A stretch of 64,000 nucleotides of DNA from Octopus vulgaris (lineage: Eukaryota), in NCBI GenBank assembly GCA_951406725.2, contig OX597826.1, positions 48,298,001-48,362,000 on the forward strand. The letters run 5' to 3'. The notes under the pieces were generated by a model. It searched no databases. It was not told the origin of the DNA and saw nothing but the letters and a program-made list of their open reading frames with translations. Every line of letters starts with the position of its first letter. Positions within the stretch are counted from its first letter, which is position 1. The translations under genes and the position numbers were made by a program. Positions 1 to 13,300 of the stretch are shown here, one piece after another.

Positions 1-178
1 CACACATACATATTTATCTCTTTATCTATCTATCTAATTATCTATCTATGTATGACTATGAATACACACAAACACACACACATACACATGCACACGTAAG
101 CACGCACACACATATATATGTGTGTATAAATATCTGAACATATACATATGTACATGTGCATATATATATTCATATGCC

Positions 179-249
<71 letters not shown>

Positions 250-824
250 CGGTAAAGTTTACGAAAATATACAAAAGACGAAGGCAGGTGTATTAGTATA
301 CCGCTCAGAAATAGAGCCTACGCTCTTCGACAGAAAGATACACAGAAAAAAAACAAGGAGAGAAAAAAAGGAGAGAAAAAAAAAATATATATATATATAA
401 ATTCACATGCATACACACAAGCATCATCATCATTGTTTCATTGTTTTAATGTACAATTTTGATGCATGCATCACAGGGAGATTATTTCCAACTGCCTTCC
501 CTGTCACCAACCGTTATCTGTCTACAAGCAAGGTATTATTTCCCACGTAGCTAGATATGTCTTTGCAGGATATCAAAAATGAATGACATTGATTTACAAC
601 AATCTCACAAACACACACACACACATACATGTACATATATATCTATATCACCGGCTTCTTTTAGTTTCTGTCAGCCAAGTAAATTCACAAGACTTTTGAT
701 GCCCAGAACTATATTAGAAGCCCAAGATACTATGCTGGGATTGAACACAAAGTCATGTAGTTGGAAAGCAAATACCTAAACCACACAGCCACACTTCCAT
801 AAGAGTATGTGTGCGTGTGTGTGT

Positions 825-857
<33 letters not shown>

Positions 858-861
<4 letters not shown>

Positions 862-1117
862 GAACCATCAAGCCAAGTAAAATCGTAGTCATAGCAGATA
901 CTGGTGGCACGCAAATGGCACCTATGCTGGTGGCATGAAAAAGCACTCATTACACTCTTGGAATGGTTGGCGTTAGGAAGGGCATCCAGCTGTAGAAAAC
1001 TATGCCAAATAAGACTGGAGTCTGGTGCAGTCTTCCAGCTTACCAGCCATGGTCAAACCGTCCAACCCATGCCAGCGAAGACAACAGATGTTAAATGACT
1101 ATGATGATGATGATGAT
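858..1117 (+). mobile_element. RTE 3'-end fragment
   Basis: GGTTGGCGTTAGGAAGGGCATCCAGC...CCGTCCAACCCATGCCAGC...(GAT)n shared with 44340-44500. Confidence 0.8.
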
Positions 1118-1127
1118 ATATATAAAC

Positions 1128-1358
1128 TTGTATGGCTATGTGGTAAGAAGTTTGTTTCCCAACCACAGGGTTCTGGGTTCAGTCCTACTACATGGCACCT
1201 TGGGCAAATGTCTTCTACTATAGCCTCAGATCAACCTTGTGAGTAGAATAAGTACTAGTCTTACAAAGAATAAGTCCTGGGTCGATTTGTTCGACTAAAG
1301 GCAGTGCTCCAGCATGGCTGCAGTCAAATGACTGAAACAAATAAAGGAATAAAAAAAG
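1128..1358 (+). mobile_element. SINE family A, internally deleted
   Basis: Head joined directly to TAGAATAAGTACTAG...tail. Confidence 0.8.
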
Positions 1359-1360
1359 AA

Positions 1361-1408
<48 letters not shown>

Positions 1409-1427
1409 TATATATATATATATTCAC

Positions 1428-1485
<58 letters not shown>

Positions 1486-1904
1486 GTATATGTATATGTA
1501 TATTAAACATCAATATTACTTTATATTTATATATATGCACACACATACATATATATTTTTATATTGATATATGTGTGTGTGTGTGTGCGTGTGTGTGTGT
1601 ACTTAAATATCAGTTTTACATCTATAATCTGATGCAAATAAAAAACACAAGCATTTAACGAAGTGAGTACATGTTAACTGAGTATTGTAAAAAAAGAAAG
1701 AGAAAAAACATTCCAAAACTACAAAAAAAAACCCAACAAAAACACAAACAAATACAAAAACATTCCCAGTTGTTTTTAATTTAATTATTTAGAATATAGA
1801 TACCATAGCTAAGAACTATAAATGAGTTTCTATTCATTTTCATTATCAGGAATCTAATTAATGCTGAGAATACACCAACACCACTACCAATATTAAGAAG
1901 ACCG

Positions 1905-1973
<69 letters not shown>

Positions 1974-2019
1974 GTAATGAGAACAAGAAAAAGAAGAAGA
2001 AGAAGAATTTATGAATTTA

Positions 2020-2062
<43 letters not shown>

Positions 2063-2129
2063 GTAACAACTATAATAATGTACATATATTTAGCAGTCTA
2101 GAAAAATGTATCTTCTTTCATTAGAAAAG

Positions 2130-2188
<59 letters not shown>

Positions 2189-2777
2189 ATGAGAGAGAGA
2201 AAAAATACTAAGCAAAAAAAAAAAGAAAAGAAATCATCGGAAAGTTATTAATCTTTGATTTAAACGAGAGAGAGTTTACGAGCTGATACCGTGCTAGTGG
2301 AATCTTAGAATATACCATGTGATGTTTTAATGAACATGGTAATTACCGCTTCAGCAGATGCTGTGTATTTTTGGTAATTATTACAGTCTTTAATTCTAAA
2401 TGTCAACTTTTAAATTCTATAGATTATTGGCTTTAAATTGAAAACATGTGTGATTAATTCAACATATTTTTGTTTTGATTTCTTTTACTTTGGTTTTGTT
2501 TTGAGACTCCAAGAAAAATGGTCTCATAGCATTTCTTCTTTCCTTGGTTGGCTTTTTAAAAGCTAATGACATATTTTCATTTTCTGTTTCATCAGCAGAA
2601 ATTCTGGTGTTGTTTTTTTTCTTCTATTCTTTATTGGTTTCATGCTGGGAAACTGCCCTTGAGGGTTATAGTTGATCCTATTGATCTTAGTATATATTCC
2701 TCAATGGTATTTATTTGATTGATATCTACTTTTCAGACTGCTAAGTTAAGGTTCTCGCCAGCAAACATAAACACGCG

Positions 2778-2808
<31 letters not shown>

Positions 2809-2946
2809 GTTATGAGAGGTTATGGTGTCAAGAAGACCCAAAGGTGTCAGGTAATACTGAGTAAGTGATATGGACAAACTATAGTTAAGCTCCAGGTTCA
2901 ACGTAGGTCATATATTAGTGTGCATATATATATATATATATATATA

Positions 2947-3155
2947 TTTTTACTTGTTTCAGTCATTTGACTGTGACCATGCTAGAGCACTGCCTTTAGT
3001 CGAGCAAATCAACCCCAGGACTTATACGTTGTGATCCTAGTACTTATTCTATCGGTGTCTTTTGCTGAACTGCTGAGTTACGGGGATGTAAACACATCAG
3101 TATCAGTTGTCAAGTGATGTTGGGGGGACAAACACAGACATACAAACATATACAT

Positions 3156-3198
<43 letters not shown>

Positions 3199-3361
3199 TA
3201 TGATGAGCTTCTTTCAGTTTTCATCTACCAAATCCACTCACGGCTTTGGTCAGCCTGAGGCTTTAGTGGAAGACACTTGCCCAATGTACCATGCAGTGGG
3301 ATCTAACCCAGAACCATGTGGTTGGTAAGCAAGCTACTTACCACACAGCCACTCCTGCGCC
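2947..3361 (-). mobile_element. tRNA-derived SINE family A (CORE-like, internal microsatellite)
   Basis: Head GGCGCAGGAGTGGCTGTGTGG (A box), internal (TA/CA)n, tail GACTGAAACAAGTAAAA. Confidence 0.88.
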
Positions 3362-3397
<36 letters not shown>

Positions 3398-3612
3398 TAA
3401 TACATAAAATTTTATGTATTGATTAAGTCTTTCCTTGTTTGGTTTTAAAATAGTGGTTTTGTCTCGAATTATATTATATAATATTTTACTATAAAATTGG
3501 ATTTAACCCTAAATCTGATTTTTCCCTGTAATTTTGGATTCATTCCCTAATATTTATTATATATATATATATATATGAAAGAATGGATAATTCATTCAAC
3601 TACTCAAAATAA

Positions 3613-3669
<57 letters not shown>

Positions 3670-3696
3670 ATATTTACTCTCGTATAAGTATTACTG

Positions 3697-4008
3697 AGAA
3701 GCTGCATGGCCTAGTCACTAGTGTATTCACCTCATGATCCTAAGATCATGAGTTCAATTTCTGGTGGAACATTGTGTCCTTGAGCAAGACACTTTATTTC
3801 TCATTGCTCCAGTCTACTTAGGTGGCAAAAATGATTAGTACCTGTATTTCAAAGAACCAGGCTTGTCACACTGAGGATCTCCGAGAACTATGTTAAGGGT
3901 ATACATGTCTGTGGAGCGCTCCACCACTTGCATGTTAATTTCAAGAGCAAGTTGTTTCATTGATCGAATGAAGTGGAACACTTGTCAACTTAATCGACAG
4001 AGAACCAG
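3697..4008 (+). mobile_element. tRNA-derived SINE, alternative head with the tail of 37417
   Basis: TGTGTCCTTGAGCAAGACACTT core; GTACCTGTATTTCAAAG...GTTAAGGGTA shared with 37616-37790. Confidence 0.75.
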
Positions 4009-4036
4009 GCATAGGTCACGCCATTTTATACTTGAA

Positions 4037-4392
4037 CTAGCAGTATCGCCCGGCGTTGCTCGGGTTTGTAAGGGAAATAACTATAAAGCATTTTTAGAGA
4101 GTTATAGCCAAAAAATGGAAAAAAAGGATGGTAAATTTTTTTCTTAGTTAAAAAGGTTGAGTTGCGTCCCCTAGACAGTCTGTGGTTTGTGTTTCTGATT
4201 CTCGACCCCATGTCGAATTTATTGATTTTTTTCAGAACTGGGGGAACTTTTCAAAATTTTCGCTACATTAGTTTTGAATTATGACATTGGGCTATGTGTG
4301 TGTCAAGTTTCATCAGAATCGGTTGAAAGCCGTGGTCAGGGTGAGGGTACAACCTAACAGACACACAGAAACACACACAGACAAACTGCCGA
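4037..4392 (-). mobile_element. Non-autonomous Helitron
   Basis: Same ~70-bp 3' terminus (hairpin + CTAG) as 22985-23055, reversed; different interior. Confidence 0.75.
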
Positions 4393-4419
4393 TCTGGCTT
4401 GGATATGCAGATATAGAAT

Positions 4420-4470
4420 AACGATAATGAGGATAATGATAATGGTGACGAAAGTGATGGTAATGGTGAT

Positions 4471-4511
<41 letters not shown>

Positions 4512-4640
4512 GTGGTGATGTGGGTGTGATGGTGATGGTGATGATGGTGATGATGATGATGAGGAAGATGATGATGGCGGTGCTGGTGGTGGTGGTGGTG
4601 GTGATGATGGTGATGATGATGATGGTGATGATGATGATGG

Positions 4641-4704
<64 letters not shown>

Positions 4705-4875
4705 GATGGTGATGATGATGATAGTGGCAATGATGATAACGATGATGATGATAGTGATGATGATGATGATGATGAGGATAATGATTGTGGTGGTGGTGGT
4801 GATGATGATGATGATGATGATGATAATGACAATGATTGTGGTGATGATGATGATGATGATGATGATTGTAATGAT
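4420..4875. repeat. (GAT/GGT)n compound microsatellite
   Basis: Direct inspection; similar tracts at 21070-21690, 23820-24012, 59185-59800 and 62930-63460. Confidence 0.95.
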
Positions 4876-6479
4876 ATATTTTGTTCATTTATACACCTGG
4901 TAGATGAAACCTATTTGGGAGCCCATCATATACATACATGTACATGTGTGTGTATGTGTGTGTATGTGTGTGTGTATAAATAAGTGTTTCCCCACATACG
5001 CACATACACTATCATTTGATGACCATTGTTAGTTTGTTGACATCCCTGTAACTTAATAGTTTGGTTAGATGAATATGTTACTGTGATTTCATTGCTTTTA
5101 CAGCTAGACACCCTTCACATCTCTAACGTTTAATTGTGTTTGCAAGTAAGAGATCTTTTATTCCACACCAGAAAATTATTTGTTGAGGAAAGAAATGATA
5201 ACTTTTATTTAACATTTGTATGTATGTGTGTATGTGTGCATGCATGTGTGTGTGTGTGTGTGTGCGCATGTGTCTGCATGTGTGAGTGTGGTGGATGAAT
5301 AAGTAAAATCAAGAAAACCACAAGTGGGACAAGTTTTATGAAAGGTGTTATTTGTATAATGCTTGAAAGGAATAGGGAAAATTTTTTAACGTTTTGGATG
5401 CTAGTCCTTTGTCAGAAGAAAGAAAAACTAGGAAAAATGGTGGAAAGAAGAAAGAGAGAGAGAATAGAGTGAAGGAGGAAAAGGAGAAGTGAGAGAGAGA
5501 AAACATAGAGAAGGAATAAGAAATAGATAAGTGGTTGTGAGTAATTAGATGCAAAGTAAGGAGCAACATGTTTGAGCTGGCACATGAAGGTGGGATTCAT
5601 ATAGCTTTGTTTTGACATCAGAAGCATAGTTATTCATTTTCACTCACCCTCATGAACTTTATAAACATATCCATCCATTTGTATGGATATGCTCCCATGA
5701 CAATGAGGACAATGTTGATGAAAACAACAATGATGAGTAGTATATAATGAGCTTCAGCACAATTTCTCTCAGCTAAATTCTACTCATAAAACACAAAGCT
5801 ACTGCAGAAGAATACTTGAAGATGCAATACAGTAAGAGAGAACTTAAATCCATGTAATTATGAAGTAGACATCTTACACACTAACCCATCTGTGGAAAAA
5901 TGTTTCTCTATTAGTTTTTATACTTGTAAGTTATTTGGATATCAAATATAATACTCAGCTTATTCAAAACTGGTGAACTACTCATTATACAGTAAAAAGC
6001 ATTACATACTTGAGAAGAAAAATTATTCAAAATATATTCGTACATACAGCATCAAAATTTCATTTCATGTATTGGTATCTGTAATAGTAATAGTAATTAG
6101 TGCAATATATATCTAAGACTGACTGTTTTGATTATTTAAAGATTTAAAGATAGATTCACACTTCATATGTACTCATTCTGAAACATACACAAAGCAAATC
6201 ATATATGCTTATCAAGGAATGTTTGGAGCTTAAAGAAGAAAATTATGAATATTAGTTGGGCAATAAAAGACAGTGCCACCTTCTATTTGGATATTTTTGA
6301 GAAGTGCCCAGAATTCATCATGGTAGAATATAATATTGCCATGCAAGAGATAAAAAAAAGAAATTTCTTGCTCTGTAGATAAAATGAGATAATGCTTAGA
6401 TAAAGACATCTAAATCGATTTATAATGAAAAATTAGCCAAATTTGCTAACAGGATAGTTACCTTCAGATGATGTTATTG

Positions 6480-6817
6480 CTGAGATCCCTTTTGGACATG
6501 ACTAACCATGGGATTGTACCTAGAAAGATACCCTCCCAGGCATAAGTCCAGGCAAGCTTGTTTATGGAAGACCAGCAGTCGCCCATGCATACTGGCCTCC
6601 CCTCTCCATGTTACCAGTGTTATCCAAGGGAAAGGTAAAGGCTGATACAGCTTGGCACCTGTGGTGTCGCAACTCATTTCTATAGCTGAATGAACTGGAG
6701 CAACATGAAATAAAGTGCCTTGCTCAGGAACACAACATGCAGCCCAGTCCGGAATTCGAACTCACAACCTCATGATCGTAAGCTCTACGCTCTAACCACT
6801 GAGCCATGTACCTTCAC
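6480..6817 (-). mobile_element. tRNA-derived SINE, alternative head
   Basis: Minus strand TGGCTCAGTGGTTAGAGCG...GAGTTCGAATTCC, core GTGTTCCTGAGCAAGGCACTT. Confidence 0.82.
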
Positions 6818-7115
6818 TGATGTTGTACTGCTCAGATAACAACAAGATATTAATGAATGACAAGCAATCATTCAGCACATCACAGTCAAGTATTTAAATG
6901 AATTGACCAATGAAAACGATAGGCTCATAATTATTTGACCTCAAACAGCTGAACTATGCCATCTTTTATTCAGATACACAGTATCAATAGCAACATTATC
7001 TAGTGAATCTTATGAAGCTAGTGTGATTTGATCCGAAGGAGAAAACTTAGCTGCTATTCCTAGCAGGTAAAATACTATTTAAAGGCCTCCTCATTGTCTT
7101 GGTTGTATACTCTGT

Positions 7116-7434
7116 TACTCTTTTACTTGTTTCAGTCATTTGACTGCGGCCATGCTGGAGCACCGCCTTTTAGTTCTTATTCTATCGGTCTCTTTTTGCC
7201 GAACTGCTAAGTGACGGGGACGTAAACACACCAGCATTGGTTGTCAAGCAATGCTAGGGGGACAAACACAGACACACAAACACACACACATATATATTCG
7301 ACGGGCTTCTTTCAGTTTCCGTCTACCAAATCCACTCACAAGGCATTGGTCGGCCCGGGGCTATAGCAGAAGACACTTGCCCAAGATGCCACGCAGTGGG
7401 ACTGAACCCGCAACCGTGTGGTTGGTTAGCAAGC
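7116..7434 (-). mobile_element. SINE family A
   Basis: Aligns to 31119-31513 reversed. Confidence 0.88.
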
Positions 7435-7789
7435 TCCGCTGATTCTGTATGAGTTACATTTGGATTTGTGTATGTGTGTGGGTGTTACATTAAATTGTGT
7501 GTGCATATGTATTACATTCAATTGTGTGTATGTATATCACTTAGTTGTGGGTATGTGTTAGTTGTGACACGTCGACTCTTGTAATTTCTTTAAATATGTT
7601 CTACACAAAATCTAATTTAAATACTATACTAAGAATTTAGTATAGTTTTGTAATTGTGTTTTTATCTATTTAGTTATTTTTTCCTGCAGTGGGTGTGAGA
7701 GAAAAATTTGTGAGAGAAAAATTTGAATTAGAAAGGGAGTGGAGGAGAGAGAGACAGGAGAGAGAGACAGGAGAGAGAGACAGGAGAGA

Positions 7790-8395
7790 GAGAGAGGAAA
7801 AAAGAAAGAGGATGAAATCAGAAAATGAGAGATGCAGGTACATACATATATGTACAGATATATGTATATATGTATATACATGTATATATGCACATATCAA
7901 CACATACACATATACGCAAATGGAGAGAGAGGGAGAGAGAGAAAGGAAGAGAGAGGATGAAATCAGAAAATGAGAGACGCAGGTACATACATATATGTAT
8001 GTATGTATATGTATATATGTATATACATGTATATATGCACATATGAACACATACACATATACGCAAATGGAGAGAGGGAGAGAGAGAAAGGAAGAGAGAG
8101 GATGAAATCAGAAAATGAGAGATGCAGGTACATACATATATGTACGTATGTATATGTATATATGTATATACATGTATATATGCACATATGAACACATGCA
8201 CATATACGCAAATGGAGAGAGAGAGAGAGAGAAAGGAAGAGAGAGGATGAAATCAGAAAATGAGAGATGCAGGTACATACATATATGTACGTATGTATAT
8301 GTATATATGTATATACATGTATATATGCACATATGAACACATGCACATATACGCAAACAGAGAGAGAGAGAGAGAGAGGACGGAAGAGGATGAAC
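7790..8395. repeat. 145-bp tandem repeat, ~4 copies
   Basis: GGATGAAATCAGAAAATGAGAGA recurs at 7810, 7955, 8100 and 8245. Confidence 0.95.
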
Positions 8396-8947
8396 TGAAG
8401 AGAGAGATTTGAGATTAAAGTCTCTGGTGAAAGTGTTTGAGTAATTCAATGATGTGGATGAATTAAGAATTGCAATAACACGACACAGAAACTATTATTA
8501 TTATTATTATTATTGTTGTTGTTGTTCTTGTTGTTTATTCACTAATTAAGCTGTTAATAAGCAAAATTGACCAGGCTTGTTTTTTTGTTGTGTTTTGTTT
8601 TTTGTTCTTTTTTTTTTCGTTTCTGAGAATTGTGTATGCTTAGCCAGATTAATTTTGCCAGGTTTTGAACAAATTGACAATAATACAGCATGGAATAATT
8701 CTTAATCACATTGCTATAACGTTAGCTTTTTAACGAACATTGATGTTAAACCTTTACTAAGGCCCCCAACATAAGTAATTTCATGAAGTTAACATGTAAT
8801 ACAAGCAAACTTTTACACTCTGTTCCTTTCTTTTAAAAAAAATTCTGTTTTACAACATGCATGGCTTATATTTTTTTGTTTAATATTTATTTGCTTTTCA
8901 GTTAAATCGTTTAAACCACAAAAAATAAATAACAATAGTAATAATAA

Positions 8948-9168
8948 TACTCTTTTACTCTTTTACTTGTTTCAGTCATTTTGACTGTGGCCATGCTGGA
9001 GCACCAGCTTTAGTTGAGCAAATCGGCCCCAGGACTTATTTTTTGTAAGCTTAGTACTTATTCTATCGGTCTCTTTTGCCGAACCGCTAAGTTATGGGAA
9101 CGTAAACACACCAGCATCGGTTGTCAAGCGATGTTGGGGAGGACACACACACACAAACATATACACAC

Positions 9169-9222
<54 letters not shown>

Positions 9223-9403
9223 GCACATATATACACACATATACACACGCATATATATATATATATACTCTCTCAGAGTGGTTGGCATTAGGAAGACATC
9301 CAGCTGCAGAAACTCTGCCAGATCAGATTGGAGCCTGGTGCAGTCAAATCGTCCAACCCATGCTAGCATGGAAAGCAGACATTAAACGATGATGATGATG
9401 ATA

Positions 9404-9452
<49 letters not shown>

Positions 9453-9618
9453 AAGGGCTTCTTTCAGTTTCTGTCTACCAAATCTACTCACAAGGCTTTA
9501 GTCAGCCCAAGGCTATAGTAGAAGACAGTTGCCCAAGGTGCCACATAGTGGAACTGAACCCGGAAGCATGGCATGTGGTTGGTAAGCAAGCTACTTACCA
9601 CACAGCCACTCCTGCACC
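8948..9618 (-). mobile_element. SINE family A with nested RTE tail
   Basis: 3' half 8948-9160 and 5' half 9455-9618. Confidence 0.85.
9266..9402 (+). mobile_element. RTE 3'-end fragment nested in the microsatellite of a SINE
   Basis: Same terminal sequence and GAT tail; interrupts SINE 8948-9618. Confidence 0.8.
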
Positions 9619-9627
9619 TACAATAGC

Positions 9628-9674
<47 letters not shown>

Positions 9675-10341
9675 TTGTAATAATTATAAAGAAGTTGTAA
9701 AAATAAATTTATTATTATTAAATGTCTCTCGTTTGTTTGCTGCTCTGGCAGCAATACAACAACTTATTGTTGTTCTTATTACTACTAATTAAATGAGTAT
9801 TTTATTATTCACGGCTAGTGTCTTTCCCTCACTCACATACCACCCTTTCCTCTCTCTATTATCTCTTTCTCCATCTCTCTCTCCTTCTCTCCCTCTTCCC
9901 CTTCCTCTCTCTCATTCTATTTCTCTTTGTATTTAAGCTACAATATTTCTATTTCTTATTCTCCTGCCATAAATCCCTCATTTTTCCTCTGACCTTCTGT
10001 AAACCCCATCAACTCTCTTCCCCCTTCTCTCCCCCTCTCTCTCTCTCTCTTTTTCTTCACTTACCACTCTCTCTTTCCATACCTCTCACTTTCTCTTTCC
10101 CTCACCTCCTCTCTCTCTCTCTCTAGAAACTTAATATTTGCATACGTAAATATGACAAGCCATACTAAAACTGCTTTCAATAGCGATTGCTTTATGTTAT
10201 TCCTATCAATTATTTTGCTATGGAACAGGAGTCAGCAAAATATTTCCTTCAATTGCTTTTTCTTGACTGTTTTCCTAAGAATCAAACAGCATTCCTCCTT
10301 CAAAAGAGTCTTTAAAATGGTCCTTAGAATCTTCACTCATA

Positions 10342-10748
10342 AGCACAGGCGTGGCTGTGTGGTAAGATGCTTGCTTCCTAACCACATGGCTCCAGGTTCA
10401 ATCACACTGCACGACACCTCTTCTTCTGTAACCTCAGGCCAACTAAAGCCTTGTGAGTGGAATTGGCAAACGGAAACTAAAAGAAGCCTATCATATATGT
10501 ATGTGTTTGTGCGTGTGTGTCTTTGTGTTTGTGTTTGTCCTCCACCATCACTTGACAACCAGTGTTGGTATGCTTACATTCTTGTAACTTAGTGGTTCAG
10601 CAAAAGACACCGATAGATTAAGTACTTGGCTTACAAAGGGTAAGTCCTGAGGTTGATTTCTTCAATTAAAATCCCTTTGAGGTGGTGCCCCAGCATGGCT
10701 GCAGTCAAATGACTGAAACAAGTAGAAGAATAATAGAATAAAAGAATA
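10342..10748 (+). mobile_element. SINE family A
   Basis: Head, body and GAATAAAA tail. Confidence 0.85.
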
Positions 10749-11616
10749 GAGCTTTCAAATAAAAGTGTTTAGTTCAAGAGAATTGAAGAATTGTAGATTT
10801 GAGAAAGATTCCAAGATGACCATTATAATTTTGTGGCTTTACCTCTTCTATATATCAGTAAAGGTGTTAAAGTTTTTTGTTTTATTTTTTGGATATATGA
10901 GTTATCTAAAAGTTGTAAGACAGCTTGGAATTTTTATATTTTTATATTGATCTTGTTCCATTTATTTATTACTGTTGTAGTTGGTGTTGCTGTTGTTCTC
11001 AAACACTGAGTCAATCTTGATTCCAATTATGATAAAAGGTATTACCACCATGACCAACCTCTCTTAGCAATTTTTTTATTCTCATTGTTGCTCTTTGTGT
11101 TATCACTGAAGCTTCTGGAACCTCTAGCTGAATTATTTGGTAAGAAAATTCACAAAACTCACTTTCAAGTCTGCTGCCTATTTGATTACACACAAGCCAA
11201 TTTGATTGCTCAACCCACGTTCACATAAGCATTGATACCTTTTGTTGTAACACAGTTTAATTTTTTGCAGCTAGCTTTTTCTCTTATGGTAGTTAGTTAG
11301 TCTGGAGTTCAAAACTGGGGATCTGAACAAGATACACTGAAACTCAGTGGAATCTTCACTACAAGCCTTTAGCCACTTCAAATCATCAGTTTTACACCAT
11401 TCATATTTAGCAATGTGCTTCACCAGTGACTCATTAACACAACTGAGAAAGTTGCTGAAACCATCCTGTCACAAACCAAATTTCTCCCACCACACAGGTA
11501 ACAAATATGGCTGATAAAACCTAGAAGAATTCCCTCACTGTCCTCAAATTGGGTGGTGTTTATTCTTTGATACAATTGTAGCAGGATGATCAACAAAAAA
11601 ACAAAGCTTTTATGTG

Positions 11617-12290
11617 TTAGGCTGTTCGGAAAAATTCTGCCCAATTTTTGAAAATATTTTTTCAAATTCAATTTAAGATGTTATTTTTTTAAGTGTTTTA
11701 GACAAAATTTTACATGCTTTATAACTGATGTATACTCATTAATAAATTTTTTTATTGATTTCTTTCAGAATATAATTTTGAAGTATAGAAACCCTTAATT
11801 TCAAACATGAAAGAAAAAGGAATGCATTTACATTTTTTATGTGAATTCAAGCCTGGACTTAATGCTTTCCAAACAGCCACAGAGCATGGGGTGACGATGG
11901 TACAACAGTGGTTTGAGAGACTCCATAGAGGGGATAAGAGCCTTGAAGATCAAAAAGGTAGAGGACATCCATCCACCCTTAATGATTAGCACTTGAAAAC
12001 AATACAGCTTTCTGGAACCAAACCAGAGCATTACATCAGAAGTTTACGGTAAGCAACTGGAAGAAATGCATGTTCACTTGAGCAAAATGAGATCTGTACT
12101 TGTTAATCAACAAGGTCCAATTTTGCTCCACAATAATGCTCAACCACATGTCTCTAGGATGACACTGCAGAAGCTCACACACTTGGGATACAAGACTTTA
12201 CCATATCCTCCATATTCTCCTGATCTTTCGCCCAGTGACTACCATTTTTTCAAGCATCTAGACACTTTTTTAAGGCAAAAAAAAAAAATC
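11617..12290 (+). mobile_element. Mariner transposon relic, internally deleted
   Basis: HTH-like FLCEFKPGLNA and VQQWFERLHRGDKSLEDQKGRGHPS; catalytic-region HNNAQPH and PPYSPDLSPSDYHFF (mariner YSPDLAPxD). Confidence 0.88.
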
Positions 12291-12359
12291 AATTAGTGGT
12301 GCTGCAGCATGACCACAGCCAAATGACTCTAGGAAGTAAGAGACAAAAGATGAATGATG

Positions 12360-12650
12360 CTGGTCATCCTCAAGTGAATCTTCCAGTGGTGCTTCCAACC
12401 GTTTTTTGGTTTTGCTTACATCTTACTAACTCTCACCCACCAATTGTCTTTTCTTCTCAGGTCATCCTTTACAACATGTCTGTATGTATATAGGTGAGTA
12501 TATGAGATGCTCTTTCCATCAATGTCCAAGTGCCAACTTCCATAGCACCAACCAGCTGGTTGACAGCAAGGTCGTGGTGTCATTGGCAGTGACTGACTGA
12601 TATCAAGTTTTCTCACTCAACCTTGGTAACCCCTTAGACAATGCTCATTA
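12360..12650 (-). mobile_element. Possible old LINE 3' remnant
   Basis: HVVKDDLRR resembles DEVVKHDLR of the RTE C-terminus; weak. Confidence 0.3.
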
Positions 12651-12726
12651 CCAAAGTAATTGTAAACCAATTAATATGATACTCTCTCACAACCATACAC
12701 ACATATTCTTTTCTACTCTATGAACA

Positions 12727-13115
12727 GGCGCAGGAGTGGCTGTGTGGTAAGTATCTTGCTTACCAACCACATGGTTCTGCGTTCAGTCCCACTGTGTGGC
12801 ACCTTGGGCAAGTGTCTCCTACTATAGCCTCGGGCTGACCAAAGCCTTGTGAGTGGATTTGGTAGACGGAAACTTAAAAAAGCCCGTCGTATATATGTAT
12901 GTGTATATATATATATATGTGTGTGTGTTTGTGTGTCTGTCTTTGTCCCCACAACATCGCTTGACAACCAATGCCCATAACTTAACAATTCAGCAAAGAG
13001 ACCGATAGAATAAGTACTAGGCTTACAAAGAATAAGTCCTGGGGTCGATTTGCTTGACTAAAGGCAATGCTCCAGCATGGCTGCAGTCAAATGACTGAAA
13101 CAAGTAAAAGAGTAA
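12727..13115 (+). mobile_element. SINE family A
   Basis: A box TGGCTGTGTGG, B box GTTCAGTCCC, CORE-like ACCTTGGGCAAGTG, AGTAAAAG tail. Confidence 0.9.
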
Positions 13116-13117
13116 GG

Positions 13118-13300
13118 CCCAGAATTTTGGCCCAGTCAATTAGATCAACCCCAATACACAACTGGTACTTAATCTATTGACCCTAAAAGGGTGACAGGCA
13201 AAATCAACCTCTGTGGAATTTGAACTCAGAACGTAAAGACAGACGAAGTACTGCTAAGCATTTCGCCCCGCATGCTAACGTTTCTGCCAGCTCGCCACCT
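13118..13300 (-). mobile_element. SINE family C
   Basis: Reversed copy; other decayed copies at ~14985-15177(-), 23612-23800(+), 27895-28088(-), 38288-38460(-), 48069-48254(+), 54298-54505(+), 61493-61706(-). Confidence 0.8.

Noticed and set aside
10990-11600. Possible LINE RT remnant on the minus strand (LNSRLTNY)
   Set aside because: One short motif only; cannot be supported without a search
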